A DNA stretch of 64,000 nt from contig CAXXHO010000004.1 of assembly GCA_963667725.2 (NCBI GenBank), positions 32,001 through 96,000 of the forward strand, read 5' to 3'. Numbering within the stretch: the stretch's first letter is position 1; each line of letters begins with the position of its first letter. Below are positions 1 to 10,634 of the stretch, piece after piece. The notes beneath the pieces were generated by a model. The model ran no database searches. It saw only the letters and a program-made list of their open reading frames with translations, and was not told where the DNA came from. The translations under genes and the position numbers were made by a program. The DNA is from Treponemataceae bacterium. GTDB taxonomy: Bacteria; Spirochaetota; Spirochaetia; Treponematales; Rectinemataceae.

Positions 1-1298
1 CCAATTCTATCGAGCGTATAACGTCGCTTCCCTTCTCCAAACTTGCCCTCTACTGCAATTCTTGTACTCTCGTCTTCTCGCTCAATTCTTTTTTGCTCTC
101 GTATTCTTTCTTTGTTCTTGCCGTTGTCCTTGAATGGCCTTCCCAATTTAGGCCCCGACAATCGTATCCCGTATTCTTGGCAGTACTGCAGATTCTCCCG
201 CGTCCTATAGATCTTATCGGCGCATACAGCTTCTGGATATCTCCCATAGCGCTGCTTATAGCTTTCTATTTGCCCTTTCAGATCTTTGCATTCGTTGTAG
301 GAATCCCACGAGAGCCTATAGACTTCCGCCATTCCATCAACAAGGCTTAAGGAAAGCTTCGCTCCAAACTCATACATCCCTCGGGCCTTCCCTCTCGCTA
401 TAGGACGCACCCAAGGCTTGCTTATGCTTAAGATCCTTCCTTCTATCGACCAGGTGTCGCTGCGGTACAATTCTCTTTGCTGCCGTACCAATTCTCCGAT
501 CACCCACAGATCCTGCCGCTGCTTTCTCGAAAGCAACGTTATTCCGACGTTGTCCTTGTATTCATTGATCAATCGCAGGTTCCGCTCAACATACTGGATC
601 TGCGTTTTCAACGCCCTTCTGATTGTGTTCACTCTCGGCTTTCTATTCCGTATGAAGGTCAGAAACTCTTTTCTCGCCTTCTTCCTATACGTTCTTGGCT
701 TCTCCCATCCTTCCGGCATTTCATTCTGGAGCGTATCAATGATACTTTCAGTCTTCCTTCTCGCTTCATCCAGCAAAGTCACATCATGGGGGAATCTCAT
801 ATCTTCGGGAGCGCAGGTGGCATCAACGATCAATGTCCCTTTATTCTCCGGTTTCTTTGGCTCTCCGTCTCCAGAACTAGAACCGCTATTTTCGTCATCA
901 TGGTGTTCATCGTCGGCTTTGCTTTTCTCGATGATCAACACATTCACTTCTTTCAGGATATCCGCCGACAGTCTCTTTCTGAAATGCACCATCATGCTCG
1001 GATCGAAAGGTATCTCATATTTGTAGCCTTCATATCCCAAGAAGTACTGGAGGTAGGGGCTCTCCCGAATATCCTCTACCAGCTCTTCATCGGAAAGATT
1101 CTTCTTTTCTTTTATTATGAGAGCGCCTAACGCGACTCTCACCGGTATCGCCGGCCTTCCATTATTGGCGACGAACAGCTTTGAATATTTCTCTTCGACA
1201 TCGTTCCAAGGTATCAGGCTTGCTAGGATTACCCCCTAATTTCCCGCAGAATTATAGCTAGGAATTGAATAAATCTATAAGATATATGCGAATAGACA

Positions 1299-1327
1299 TT
1301 GACGTGACGGGAAAGCATAGCTACAAT
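1299..1327 (+). promoter_or_regulatory. sigma70-type promoter of IS1634 transposase
   Basis: TTGACG-17 nt-TACAAT. Confidence 0.6.
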
Positions 1328-1354
1328 TACAGCTATGAAAGCAGGATTGCGCTA

Positions 1355-2917
1355 ATGCCCTATCGCCTACATCATCTCAACAAGAAGACGGGCGTGACCT
1401 ATGTCTACGAATCGGTTTCCCGTTGGGACAAAGAAAAGCAGCAGGCACGCAGCACGCAAGTCTGCATAGGAAAGATTGATCCAGAAACTGGAACCTTCAT
1501 TCCATCAAAGCGCATAACGCAGGGAACTCTCCAAGAAGCAGAAGCTGCCGGCACGGCAACCGCGACGATCGTGGGGCCTTCGCTGATTCTCGATGAAATG
1601 TCCCGACGGCTGGGAATCGCAAGGCTTTTAAAAGTGGCATTCCCCGAGTGTTCAGCCCAAATTCTCACCATGGCCTATTACCTTGCCTGCCAAGGAGGTC
1701 CGTTAAGCCAAAGCGAATCCTGGACCAAGACCCATGAGCATCCCGCAATAAAACCGCTTACAAGCCAGAGGGTCAGCGAGATTCTTGGGTCCATATCGAC
1801 AGGAGCGAAACAGTCGTTTCTGTCGTCGTGGATGGATAAGATTCTCGAGGATGAGTATCTCTGCTATGATACCACGAGCATTTCATCCTACAGCGCATTC
1901 AACGAATACATCCGCTGGGGCCACAACCGCGACAGGGAGAAGCTTCCCCAGCTTAATTTGGCCATGCTGTTCGGACAGAAGAGCAAACTGCCTGCTTACT
2001 ACCACAGGGTTCCCGGCAATATTACTGACGTGCAGACCGTCCATAATCTTCTGGCGACCTTCAAGAAATTGGACATTAAAAACCTGCACTATGTACTCGA
2101 TAAAGGATTCTACAGCAAGAAGAACGTCGATGAAATGCTGGAACGGAAGGATCATTTCACGCTGTCGGTGCCCTTGAATAATCTATGGATTCAGCAGGCC
2201 ATTGATGAGATTTACGATACGATTCAGGGGCCCGAACGCTACAGGATGATCGACGATGAGGTGCTGTATGTACACTCGACGCTCCATCCTTGGGGAGAAG
2301 ATCGGCGACGCTGTTATCTGCACCTGTACTACAACGCAGAGATGAAAGCCCATGCGGTCGATCGGTTCAATCGGGAACTCATAGCCTACAAGGAAGAGCT
2401 GGAGTCGGGGAAACCGAAGGCCGAAAACAAGGAACAGTATGATGCCTTTTTCATCATCACAACGACGCCGAAGCGGGGGATGAAGGTTTCCTACAACAAC
2501 GAAGCGGTCGATCACTATATAAAACGCTACGCGGGGTTCCAGGCAATTTTCACGACACGCTTTAAGGATCCTGTTGAAGCGCTCCAAGTATATCGCGACA
2601 AGGATATCGTTGAGAAATGCTTCGATGACCTAAAGAACAGCCTTGATATGAAACGTCTTCGCATGCACACCATTGAAACCGTTGACGGCAGGCTCTTCGT
2701 GCAATTCATTGCCCTTATTTTCACGAGCGCCCTGCGAAGAGAAATGCGGAAGTCGAAGCTCATTGAAAAGTATACCGTTCGAGAACTGCTGCTCGAAATG
2801 GATCCACTTACCAAGATTCGGTATGCGGGAAAGTATGGTCAGATTCTCACTGAGATTACAAAGCCGCAGCGAGAGATCTTGGAGCTCTTAAGCATTGAGT
2901 CGCCGGTTGTCGCCTAG
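1355..2917 (+). CDS. IS1634-family DDE transposase
   Basis: YDTTSISSYS, GHNRD..LPQLNL, LDKGFYS, Y..KDIVEKCFDDLK motifs; start moved to ATG 1355 (AGGA upstream). Confidence 0.9.
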   Translation: MPYRLHHLNKKTGVTYVYESVSRWDKEKQQARSTQVCIGKIDPETGTFIPSKRITQGTLQEAEAAGTATATIVGPSLILDEMSRRLGIARLLKVAFPECSAQILTMAYYLACQGGPLSQSESWTKTHEHPAIKPLTSQRVSEILGSISTGAKQSFLSSWMDKILEDEYLCYDTTSISSYSAFNEYIRWGHNRDREKLPQLNLAMLFGQKSKLPAYYHRVPGNITDVQTVHNLLATFKKLDIKNLHYVLDKGFYSKKNVDEMLERKDHFTLSVPLNNLWIQQAIDEIYDTIQGPERYRMIDDEVLYVHSTLHPWGEDRRRCYLHLYYNAEMKAHAVDRFNRELIAYKEELESGKPKAENKEQYDAFFIITTTPKRGMKVSYNNEAVDHYIKRYAGFQAIFTTRFKDPVEALQVYRDKDIVEKCFDDLKNSLDMKRLRMHTIETVDGRLFVQFIALIFTSALRREMRKSKLIEKYTVRELLLEMDPLTKIRYAGKYGQILTEITKPQREILELLSIESPVVA

Positions 2918-3351
2918 CTACAATTTGCCGGGAATTCAGGTTACCCATCGATTGTCCGCTTTCAGGCTGCCGCCGAACACCATGTCAAATTGATCAAACT
3001 CAGGCGTATACTTTGGTATTCTGTACATCTTCGCCTTCCAAGTGCACGACTTTTTCATGCTTTTTTTCAATTTCCGTGCACTTTTCCGGTCCATTATACC
3101 ATATATTCCTTTGTCAGATTTAACTTTATTACTTTTTCAGGAGTCCCTAAGTATATCAATAAGCTTTCTTCTTATAAGCATGATAGTGAATTTGCTATTT
3201 CTTTTCGAATGAAAAAAATAGAAATATGTAACTTTCTCAATATATTTTTTCATGCTTTATTACTGGCTATTGTAATATATATTACTCTTCTTAATTATTT
3301 ATATATTAGTTTTATAGCCATATTTATACTTATTGAAATTATTATATGGTT

Positions 3352-4245
3352 TTACAATATAAAATTTGAAAGTACATCAGTTGGTATATAGCCTAATTCT
3401 TTTTTAATTTTTTCATTTGAAAAAGTCAATGTATTTGTTAGTTTTTCAAGTTTTTTGGTATCTATAGGCAAGTAGCCACAAGATATATCACCTAATATAG
3501 CTAGATATTTAGCTGTAAAGAAAGAAATTGACATAGGAAGCTTTTTCTTAAGCTGAGAGCTTATTAAAATTTCAAGTTCTCTATAAGAAGGATGTTTATC
3601 ATCACAAATATTAAATATTCCTTCTTTTTGTGATGCTAATAAAATAACCTTAGCTAAATCTTGAACCATTACAATACTTCTTCTTGAAGAACCATCACCT
3701 ACACTCAAATATCTGTTTGTTTTTATCCCATTAATCATAGAGCCTAGATTCCCTGGCGGATTCGGACCTGCAATCAGTGATGGCCTAATAATTGAAAGCA
3801 TTACTTTATTTTTTTTGCACCATTCTAATAATAGTGTTTCTGCTTCGATCTTACTTCTAGCATAAGCAGAATCTCCAAGTAAGGGTGTACTTTCTTCGAT
3901 CATCTCACCTCTAGATATCCCATAAACTGCTACAGTACTTATATATATTAGAGACTTAAGACTTTTAACATTTTCTAGTGCGTAACATAAGTTTCTAGTG
4001 CCGTTTAGATTTACATCATAAAACTGTTTTTCTTCTTCTTTACTTTTTGGTATTGAATGAGCTTTTCCAGCCGCATGTACTACAACATCAATGCTTGTAT
4101 TTATCTTAGGGACATCAAGAGCTAAATTTACATAATAATTAGGATTACCCAATAGATCCAATGTGAATATTTCACACTCTTTTTTAAGAAGAGGAATAAC
4201 ATTACGTCCAAGAAAGCCACCTGAACCAGTAAATAATATTTTCAT
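3352..4245 (-). CDS. NAD-dependent epimerase/dehydratase
   Basis: TGSGGFLG Rossmann motif, YARSK (YxxxK). Confidence 0.85.
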   Translation of the reverse strand: MKILFTGSGGFLGRNVIPLLKKECEIFTLDLLGNPNYYVNLALDVPKINTSIDVVVHAAGKAHSIPKSKEEEKQFYDVNLNGTRNLCYALENVKSLKSLIYISTVAVYGISRGEMIEESTPLLGDSAYARSKIEAETLLLEWCKKNKVMLSIIRPSLIAGPNPPGNLGSMINGIKTNRYLSVGDGSSRRSIVMVQDLAKVILLASQKEGIFNICDDKHPSYRELEILISSQLKKKLPMSISFFTAKYLAILGDISCGYLPIDTKKLEKLTNTLTFSNEKIKKELGYIPTDVLSNFIL

Positions 4246-5441
4246 AATATATCCATGAATTTTTTTAATGATTCCTTCTGAGAATATTTGGTCTCGGCTA
4301 TTTTCCGAGATTTAGTACCCATTCTTATAAATTTCCATTTTTTGTCATCACTTATATTATTAAGAAAATTTATTATCTCTATACTTTGACTAAACAAGAA
4401 AGAATATCCTATCCCGTTTTCGTTAATCATTCTAGATACTTCACTCCTTTTGCTGCCAATATACAACACTGGTTTCCCAGCTGCCATAATATTATAAACT
4501 TTAGAAGGAACACCAAATCCTTCCATTTGTTCATCTAAAGATACAACTCCAATGTTACAGTCATTAAGTATTTTATTTTCATCACTTCTCGAGTAAGATC
4601 CTAATATCTTAATGTTTTTAATTTTTTTTGCTATTATTATTTCTTCCAATTCTTTCTTTATCGCTCCAGAGCCTTGAAATATAAACAATAGTTTCTGGTT
4701 ATTCACTTCACTGATAATATCAAATAATTTTTTTAATCCTTGTACTCTTCCGAAATTTCCAGCATATTTAAGTATAATTTTTTCTTGCATTACTTGCTGT
4801 GGTAAAGGATAGATTCGTTCTATATCTGCCCAATTTGTTATGCATTTTACGATAGCTTTAGAATTTTTTCTAACTTTTTTTTCTATATATTCATTCATAT
4901 CACGTCCACAAGTAATTATGATATCTGCTTGTCTATATGCAATGTCGTATATATACTTTAATAATATATAAAACAAATTCTTATTATTTTTAAATATTTT
5001 TGCCGCGATAGAATTTTCTGGAAATACATCATGAACCAAAATGCAAAACTTAAAATGCTTAACTTTCTTAAGAATTGCGATAAGCACAATTAAATTGGGA
5101 GGATTTGTCACAGCTAATATACTTTGTCCAGGTAAAACATTTTGATATATTTCTTTCATCATCATAAAACTTAAATATAATGCTCTTTTTGTTCTTTTTA
5201 AAAGGTCATCTTTATTGATATATTTATATACAATTTTCTTTATATTAATATCAGTATTTGGTTTTTCAACTGGCTTACCATTTTTATCAGTAAAGTAAAC
5301 TGGACTACCCGTAATAACATTAACATAGTATTTTTCACTAAGTTTATTTGCAATTTGTAAAAGAATTAATGATGTAGAAGTCTCTTCTGGATAGAAAAGT
5401 TCAGTAAAGATCCATAATTTATTTTTATTCTTTTTATTCAT
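4242..5441 (-). CDS. GT4 glycosyltransferase (WbuB/FucNAc-transferase-like)
   Basis: ELFYPE N-terminus, HDVFPE, YAGNFGRVQG, VPSKVYNIMAAGKPV. Confidence 0.85.
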   Translation of the reverse strand: MNKKNKNKLWIFTELFYPEETSTSLILLQIANKLSEKYYVNVITGSPVYFTDKNGKPVEKPNTDINIKKIVYKYINKDDLLKRTKRALYLSFMMMKEIYQNVLPGQSILAVTNPPNLIVLIAILKKVKHFKFCILVHDVFPENSIAAKIFKNNKNLFYILLKYIYDIAYRQADIIITCGRDMNEYIEKKVRKNSKAIVKCITNWADIERIYPLPQQVMQEKIILKYAGNFGRVQGLKKLFDIISEVNNQKLLFIFQGSGAIKKELEEIIIAKKIKNIKILGSYSRSDENKILNDCNIGVVSLDEQMEGFGVPSKVYNIMAAGKPVLYIGSKRSEVSRMINENGIGYSFLFSQSIEIINFLNNISDDKKWKFIRMGTKSRKIAETKYSQKESLKKFMDIL

Positions 5442-5789
5442 ATATATATTTCAAATTTTGATATTAAACATAACATCTCTTATTTATCATGAATCACTTA
5501 AATCTTTTTCTTTATAGATATTCTTTAAGAACACGCTTTTCTTAATTCTAGGTTCTTTTATACTGCTATGTTTTAATATTTTAATCTTTTCCTATATCAA
5601 TAATCTTTTTAATTAACAACATAAAACGGCTTTCTCATTTCTACTCACCAAAACCATGAGACAAGTCACTAGGAAAACTTTAATAATCGAGCCTAGCATA
5701 TTCTTTTATTCTGATTAAGATAATTTCTATTTTTAATATTCTCTACTTGTATTAAAGTACTATTTCACTTCTTTAGATACTATATATAC

Positions 5790-7124
5790 CTAATTACTAT
5801 TAAAATTATTAATTATGCCTTTAATTATCAAATATCTTTTTTGATCCGACTCTTCCTTTTTATGTTTTGCTATTGTTTCCCAATCTCTTATAAAATATTT
5901 ATTTCGCAAGAAATTACTTTTTATTGAGAAACCATAGTTTATATATAGAAATTGGTAAATATTTTTAATAATATATTTAATTATTCTCATATTTTCAATT
6001 AAATATTTTACTCTTTTTATTCTAAAAGATTCTTCATATTTGTACTTCCTATTCATTACAATATTTTCGATTACATTTGTTATTCGAATAAAAGCAGGCT
6101 CTTCTTCTATTGAGTAATACTTTCTTAATTTTTCGTAATCAAATATAAAGGCTTTTTTAACACTATCCTTATCGATAGAACACTTAAATTCATCGTAATT
6201 TTCTATACCTTCTTCGTTAACATAAAAACTCATATCAGTATAGGGATTTGCTCTATAAGGTCTTAATAAATAGAATGGTTTTTTTGCTGCATATGTTTCT
6301 GCAACAGAAGTGCTAAACCAAGTTGTTACAACATCACATACTTTTATCCATTGCTTAATATTAAATTCGCAAATATTATAAAATCTATTTGGATATTTTT
6401 TCGCTAACTCATCTACTAATATATTTTCTTTTTCAACAGGATGTTTTCTGTATATTAATACAATTTCTTCGTTTTCGTTTACAATTTTTGTAAACCAGCT
6501 CAATATTTCATCTCTAGATCGACATTCATAATCAAAGAATTGTTTCCATAACCCATCACTATCAGTATTATTATTATATTTCACAATCACTGGGTTATTA
6601 TCGCTAGTAAAATCTGATATGAATAGAACCCACCTTTTTAACTCATCAATTTTATACTTCTTCGCAATTTCACTTTTTGGTAAATAGTAATTACTAAATT
6701 CTTTTCTTAAGAAATCAAGTTGGATTGCACCACATACATGTAATTTATCTTCATTTACATCTTTTTTAATTAATTTTTCTTTTTTGTATTTACCCCAACA
6801 TATAGTATCTATATCTTTTGCTTTTCCAAACAAGTCACCAATCCCAAGGTTATCAGTTCTTTCTGTAAACACTTGCTCATATTGTAATGAAACCATAGGG
6901 TTATTATTATTATTTAGAGAATATCTATAACTATCAATATCTTTAGTATTATAGCTATTAGGTACAACAAATATTGCATTTAATCTCTTGAATATATAAT
7001 CCATTTTATATTGAATAATTACCTTATATCCTCTCTTTTCGAACTCAGCTTTTAATAGTAATGCATTTTCATATTCTCTTTGTAAAACTTCATATACAAT
7101 AACAATTTCATTATATTTATTCAT
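5790..7124 (-). CDS. surface carbohydrate biosynthesis protein, possible nonulosonate transferase
   Basis: E...RE N-terminus, G...LDFLR, YRKHPVE, STSVAE motifs; position in the nonulosonate cluster. Confidence 0.55.
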   Translation of the reverse strand: MNKYNEIVIVYEVLQREYENALLLKAEFEKRGYKVIIQYKMDYIFKRLNAIFVVPNSYNTKDIDSYRYSLNNNNNPMVSLQYEQVFTERTDNLGIGDLFGKAKDIDTICWGKYKKEKLIKKDVNEDKLHVCGAIQLDFLRKEFSNYYLPKSEIAKKYKIDELKRWVLFISDFTSDNNPVIVKYNNNTDSDGLWKQFFDYECRSRDEILSWFTKIVNENEEIVLIYRKHPVEKENILVDELAKKYPNRFYNICEFNIKQWIKVCDVVTTWFSTSVAETYAAKKPFYLLRPYRANPYTDMSFYVNEEGIENYDEFKCSIDKDSVKKAFIFDYEKLRKYYSIEEEPAFIRITNVIENIVMNRKYKYEESFRIKRVKYLIENMRIIKYIIKNIYQFLYINYGFSIKSNFLRNKYFIRDWETIAKHKKEESDQKRYLIIKGIINNFNSN

Positions 7125-7215
7125 ATAATATTATCCTTAAGGAAAATTTAATTTCTTTGTATATAACAATATTTGCTTATGTTGTATTTATATCTTGTAG
7201 TAACTGATTTCTATA

Positions 7216-8655
7216 TTAGCTAAATTTTAGTATTTTACTTAATATTTTATCTTTCTTAAAATATATTAGCCATAATACTGATAATGTTGAATATACTAAT
7301 ATACCAATAATTATTTCAATTATTGTAGTCCATAATGGATAGAGATTAACAATGTTTGAAACTAACCTAATCACTAGAACCATTACTACTGCAAATAATA
7401 CATATGGTATTGTTTCAATAATTACTTTTTTTAATCTTATTTCATCCTTTAAATAATATACTTGCAATACTAAAACAATTGTATATGAAATCACCGTGCC
7501 CCAAACAACTCCTACAGCACTAAATTTTTTAACTAAAACAAAGCCCACTATAATATTTACTAATCCTCCAATTAGTATAGATTTAAAATATATAATATCT
7601 TTTTCTTTCGGAATTAAATATTGTGTCCTAATTATTTCTGAAAAACCTCCTATAAATATTGAAATACTTAATACTTCTATTAAATCTGCGGTTCTGACAT
7701 AATTCTTGCCTAAGAACCAAGGAATAAAAGTATTTACAACACTTAGCAAACCGAATGCTAATCCAATATTTATTATATTAATATACCTTAACGATATTTG
7801 AATTACTTCACTTAATTTTTTTTCTTTATTATTAGCAACCAAGCTAGAACAATAAGACATCATTACTGTTCCTAAAGCAATTATCATATTTAATGGTAGT
7901 GATACAATATTATCTGCTGAACTGAAGTATCCAATTTCTTCTGAAGTCGAAAATATACCTAAAAGAATTTTATCAATCTGTTGATATATACTCATTGCAA
8001 TACTAGGTAAAAACAGTATAATAATTGGTCTGATATGTACTTGCATGCTTTTTATATTAGGAGGCTTAAATTTTATAGTTTTAAATACTAATGGCCAAAC
8101 TAAAATGCATGATACAATATTACCACCATTAATTAGTACTGTATATTTCCACAAGTCAGTAGGCTTTTTAACAAATAAAAATATTAATAATACAATTAAT
8201 AGTCTTGTTATTGTGCTTCTAATAGTTACAAAACGAAATTTTTCTAGTCCATTTGGAAACCACTCGATTTCTAATCCAGCAGATATTACATATAATATTT
8301 GCAAGATGAATATATTTTTATCTTGATTATGAATTTGGCTAATTAATACAAAAAATGTGAAAGAAAATATTATAGTCAAGAAAAATTGAATATAGTATAT
8401 ATTCCAAAAAGTACTTGTTAACTCTAAACTATCATTCCTAACTTTTGCAATTTTCCTGGTTCCATATGTATTTATGCCAAGTAGCGAAAATAAGTAAAAA
8501 TAGTAGGCAATCGAATTTGCATATGTGTAAATACCTATCTTCCCTGGGCCAAGTACTCTAGCAATATATGGAGAAGTAGCAATAGGTATTAATATCACTA
8601 TTACTCTATATATTATATTATATAAAATATTTTGGCCTAAACTATTTTTTTCCAA
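7216..8655 (-). CDS. wzx: Wzx flippase
   Basis: Polytopic membrane protein; PYIARVLGP..IGIY, LGINTYGTR, IYQQIDKILLG motifs. Confidence 0.9.
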   Translation of the reverse strand: MEKNSLGQNILYNIIYRVIVILIPIATSPYIARVLGPGKIGIYTYANSIAYYFYLFSLLGINTYGTRKIAKVRNDSLELTSTFWNIYYIQFFLTIIFSFTFFVLISQIHNQDKNIFILQILYVISAGLEIEWFPNGLEKFRFVTIRSTITRLLIVLLIFLFVKKPTDLWKYTVLINGGNIVSCILVWPLVFKTIKFKPPNIKSMQVHIRPIIILFLPSIAMSIYQQIDKILLGIFSTSEEIGYFSSADNIVSLPLNMIIALGTVMMSYCSSLVANNKEKKLSEVIQISLRYINIINIGLAFGLLSVVNTFIPWFLGKNYVRTADLIEVLSISIFIGGFSEIIRTQYLIPKEKDIIYFKSILIGGLVNIIVGFVLVKKFSAVGVVWGTVISYTIVLVLQVYYLKDEIRLKKVIIETIPYVLFAVVMVLVIRLVSNIVNLYPLWTTIIEIIIGILVYSTLSVLWLIYFKKDKILSKILKFS

Positions 8656-9983
8656 CTGCTTTCTCCAATTACATCATTAAGTTTTATAATTTTTTTTTTT
8701 TTTTTAATCAATTTGCTAATCATAACAGCAGTAATAATCCAAATAATTACTGATGAAGATCTAAGAAAGAATCCGTTGTGCATTGTAAATATAATTATTA
8801 CAGAAATACCTAATAAGGTAATATCACTAACATTTAACCTTTTTGTTACATTTTTATAAATTTTACCAGAAAATATAGCAATAATAGCAGTCCATATTAT
8901 TGTTCCGCTAATACCAAGGTCTTCGTATGGCTGTAATAAGTATGTACTTACATTAAATGCGCCAATATTATTATTTACTTCAGAAAATCCAGACATTTTT
9001 TCTGGTGAAATGAATATACTCCATATTGCTTGCGTAGTATAAAGCATCGAATATTTCGGAGTAAATGAAAATACTGTTGTTTGAAAATTAAGAAAATTTG
9101 GAGCGATATATAGATATAATATTGTTAGGGTATAAATAATTGCTTTAGTAATTGACATATACGTTTTTGTTCGTGTTATAGCAATAATTGCAATAAACAA
9201 CACTGCTATAATAGAATATTTTACAATTCTTTTATTATTATTTTTAATTTCATTCTTGTTTTTGATATTTACTAATAGCAATTGTCCAATCATAAAAAAA
9301 AGAAATATCTGGAATAAATATCCTCTCCATCCCGTTAAGCCTTCAAATATACCAAGAAGAATGCTTAAAATAATAATAATAGTTTTTTGTTTTCCTTTAG
9401 AAAAATATATTCCAAGTGGCACTAAGCTAAAAATAAACCTACTAATATTTATAATAGAATAGAAACCAGTAGTAACAAATGATTGCCGAAGAAAATTTAC
9501 ATTACTTGATAGTTGTGGTATATATCCAAATTGTATTGTATTAAGTATATATGCAAAACAAGCTGTAACTAGAATAGTTATTATAATATTATTTAATAGC
9601 ATCCTGTTTATCTTCATTTCCTTTACATCAATATTTATCTTTTCTTTTGAACCTATTGATGCAAACCAAAAAAATAAATAAAATGTAATTGTGTTAATAA
9701 CTATTATATTTTTTAACTCATTTGACCATGTTGTACCAAATATATAGATACCTAAATCAATTCTTCCTATAGAAATAGGTATCAACCAAAATATGTACCA
9801 AAATAATATTGGAGACCAAAAATTTTTAATTCTCTTTATCTCAATAATTATTATAAAGATAACATTAACTACTAACATTGCTGTCGATAATAATGAGTCT
9901 TTATTAGGAAATGTGATTTCATACGATATAATAAATATCGTAAATAGTACAGACTCAAAAAATAAATATACATTATTTTTCAT
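8637..9983 (-). CDS. wzy: Wzy polysaccharide polymerase
   Basis: About 11 hydrophobic segments, GWRG and FNVST...PYEDLGISG motifs; adjacent to wzx. Confidence 0.75.
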   Translation of the reverse strand: MKNNVYLFFESVLFTIFIISYEITFPNKDSLLSTAMLVVNVIFIIIIEIKRIKNFWSPILFWYIFWLIPISIGRIDLGIYIFGTTWSNELKNIIVINTITFYLFFWFASIGSKEKINIDVKEMKINRMLLNNIIITILVTACFAYILNTIQFGYIPQLSSNVNFLRQSFVTTGFYSIINISRFIFSLVPLGIYFSKGKQKTIIIILSILLGIFEGLTGWRGYLFQIFLFFMIGQLLLVNIKNKNEIKNNNKRIVKYSIIAVLFIAIIAITRTKTYMSITKAIIYTLTILYLYIAPNFLNFQTTVFSFTPKYSMLYTTQAIWSIFISPEKMSGFSEVNNNIGAFNVSTYLLQPYEDLGISGTIIWTAIIAIFSGKIYKNVTKRLNVSDITLLGISVIIIFTMHNGFFLRSSSVIIWIITAVMISKLIKKKKKIIKLNDVIGESSWKKIV

Positions 9984-10079
9984 TGTTTTTTTCCAAATAT
10001 TATATAGTATATTAATAACACTTTTTCAATTTTAAACAATTAAACGAATATTTAATTGTTCTATATGTGTCTAGTAGAT

Positions 10080-10634
10080 TCAATTTTCAATTAAATAATC
10101 TCCAGATTTTAAATGACGTTCAGCGTAATCTCTAGTATCGCATAAAACTTTTGATGGATTACCATATACAACACTATTACTAGGAATATTCCCTCTTATT
10201 ACCGTACAAGCTCCAATAATACAGTTATCTCCAATATTTGAACCACCAAGTATTGTCGTTCGAGCTCCAATGAAACAATTATCACCAATTTTTATAATTC
10301 TAATTTGAGATAATTCTCCCATACCTCTTTCTATTCTCCTACCAAGCGATGCTACAGCTGTTGTAAGCGAATAATCATGTGTCAAGAACATTACTTCTCG
10401 TGAGATAGTAATGTTATCACCAATCTGTATTTTTGTATAATCACTTCCATCAAAATATACATTTGATGAAATATATTTAGGAATTCCTTCAATTTTAATA
10501 CCAAGGCTTTTAAGGAATTTTAACTTGTACTTCATATACCCTTTAATATTAATATAATTATATAATTCTCCGAAAATTCCACTTACTGGAATTGCTAAAA
10601 TCTGTTGAATTATTTTTCTTATTATTTTTTTCAC
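10080..10634 (-). CDS. hexapeptide-repeat O-acyltransferase
   Basis: IGDNCFIGARTTILGGSNIGDNCIIGA, GNPSKV. Confidence 0.85.
   Translation of the reverse strand: MKKIIRKIIQQILAIPVSGIFGELYNYINIKGYMKYKLKFLKSLGIKIEGIPKYISSNVYFDGSDYTKIQIGDNITISREVMFLTHDYSLTTAVASLGRRIERGMGELSQIRIIKIGDNCFIGARTTILGGSNIGDNCIIGACTVIRGNIPSNSVVYGNPSKVLCDTRDYAERHLKSGDYLIEN

Larger units (their letters stand above)
1235..2940 (+). mobile_element. IS1634-family insertion sequence
   Basis: Imperfect ~26-bp terminal IRs (CCTAATTTCCCGCAGAATTATAGCTA / TAGCTACAATTTGCCGGGAATTCAGG); 6-bp target duplication TTACCC at 1229-1234 and 2941-2946. Confidence 0.9.
1..3028 (-). pseudogene. IS5-family transposase split by IS1634 insertion
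   Basis: Manual translation MYRIPKY...DNRWV (3028-2941) continues in frame as ILASLIPW...ALGALIIKE...SPYLQYFLG (from ~1230) and RIAVEGKFGEGKRRY near base 1. Confidence 0.85.
1..3147 (-). mobile_element. IS5-family insertion sequence (partial, runs off window start; interrupted by IS1634)
   Basis: Terminal sequence GGGACTCCTGAAAAA (minus strand, ends 3147) followed by TA; IS5-type transposase frame from ATG 3028; the same end recurs in the MITE at 18392-18603. Confidence 0.85.

Noticed and set aside
50..1130. ORFs 93-350, 418-1026, 477-1130, 50-247
   Set aside because: Antisense or off-frame shadows of the IS5 transposase
2990..3391. 133-aa hydrophobic ORF
   Set aside because: Spans the IS5 end and AT-rich spacer; no recognisable motif
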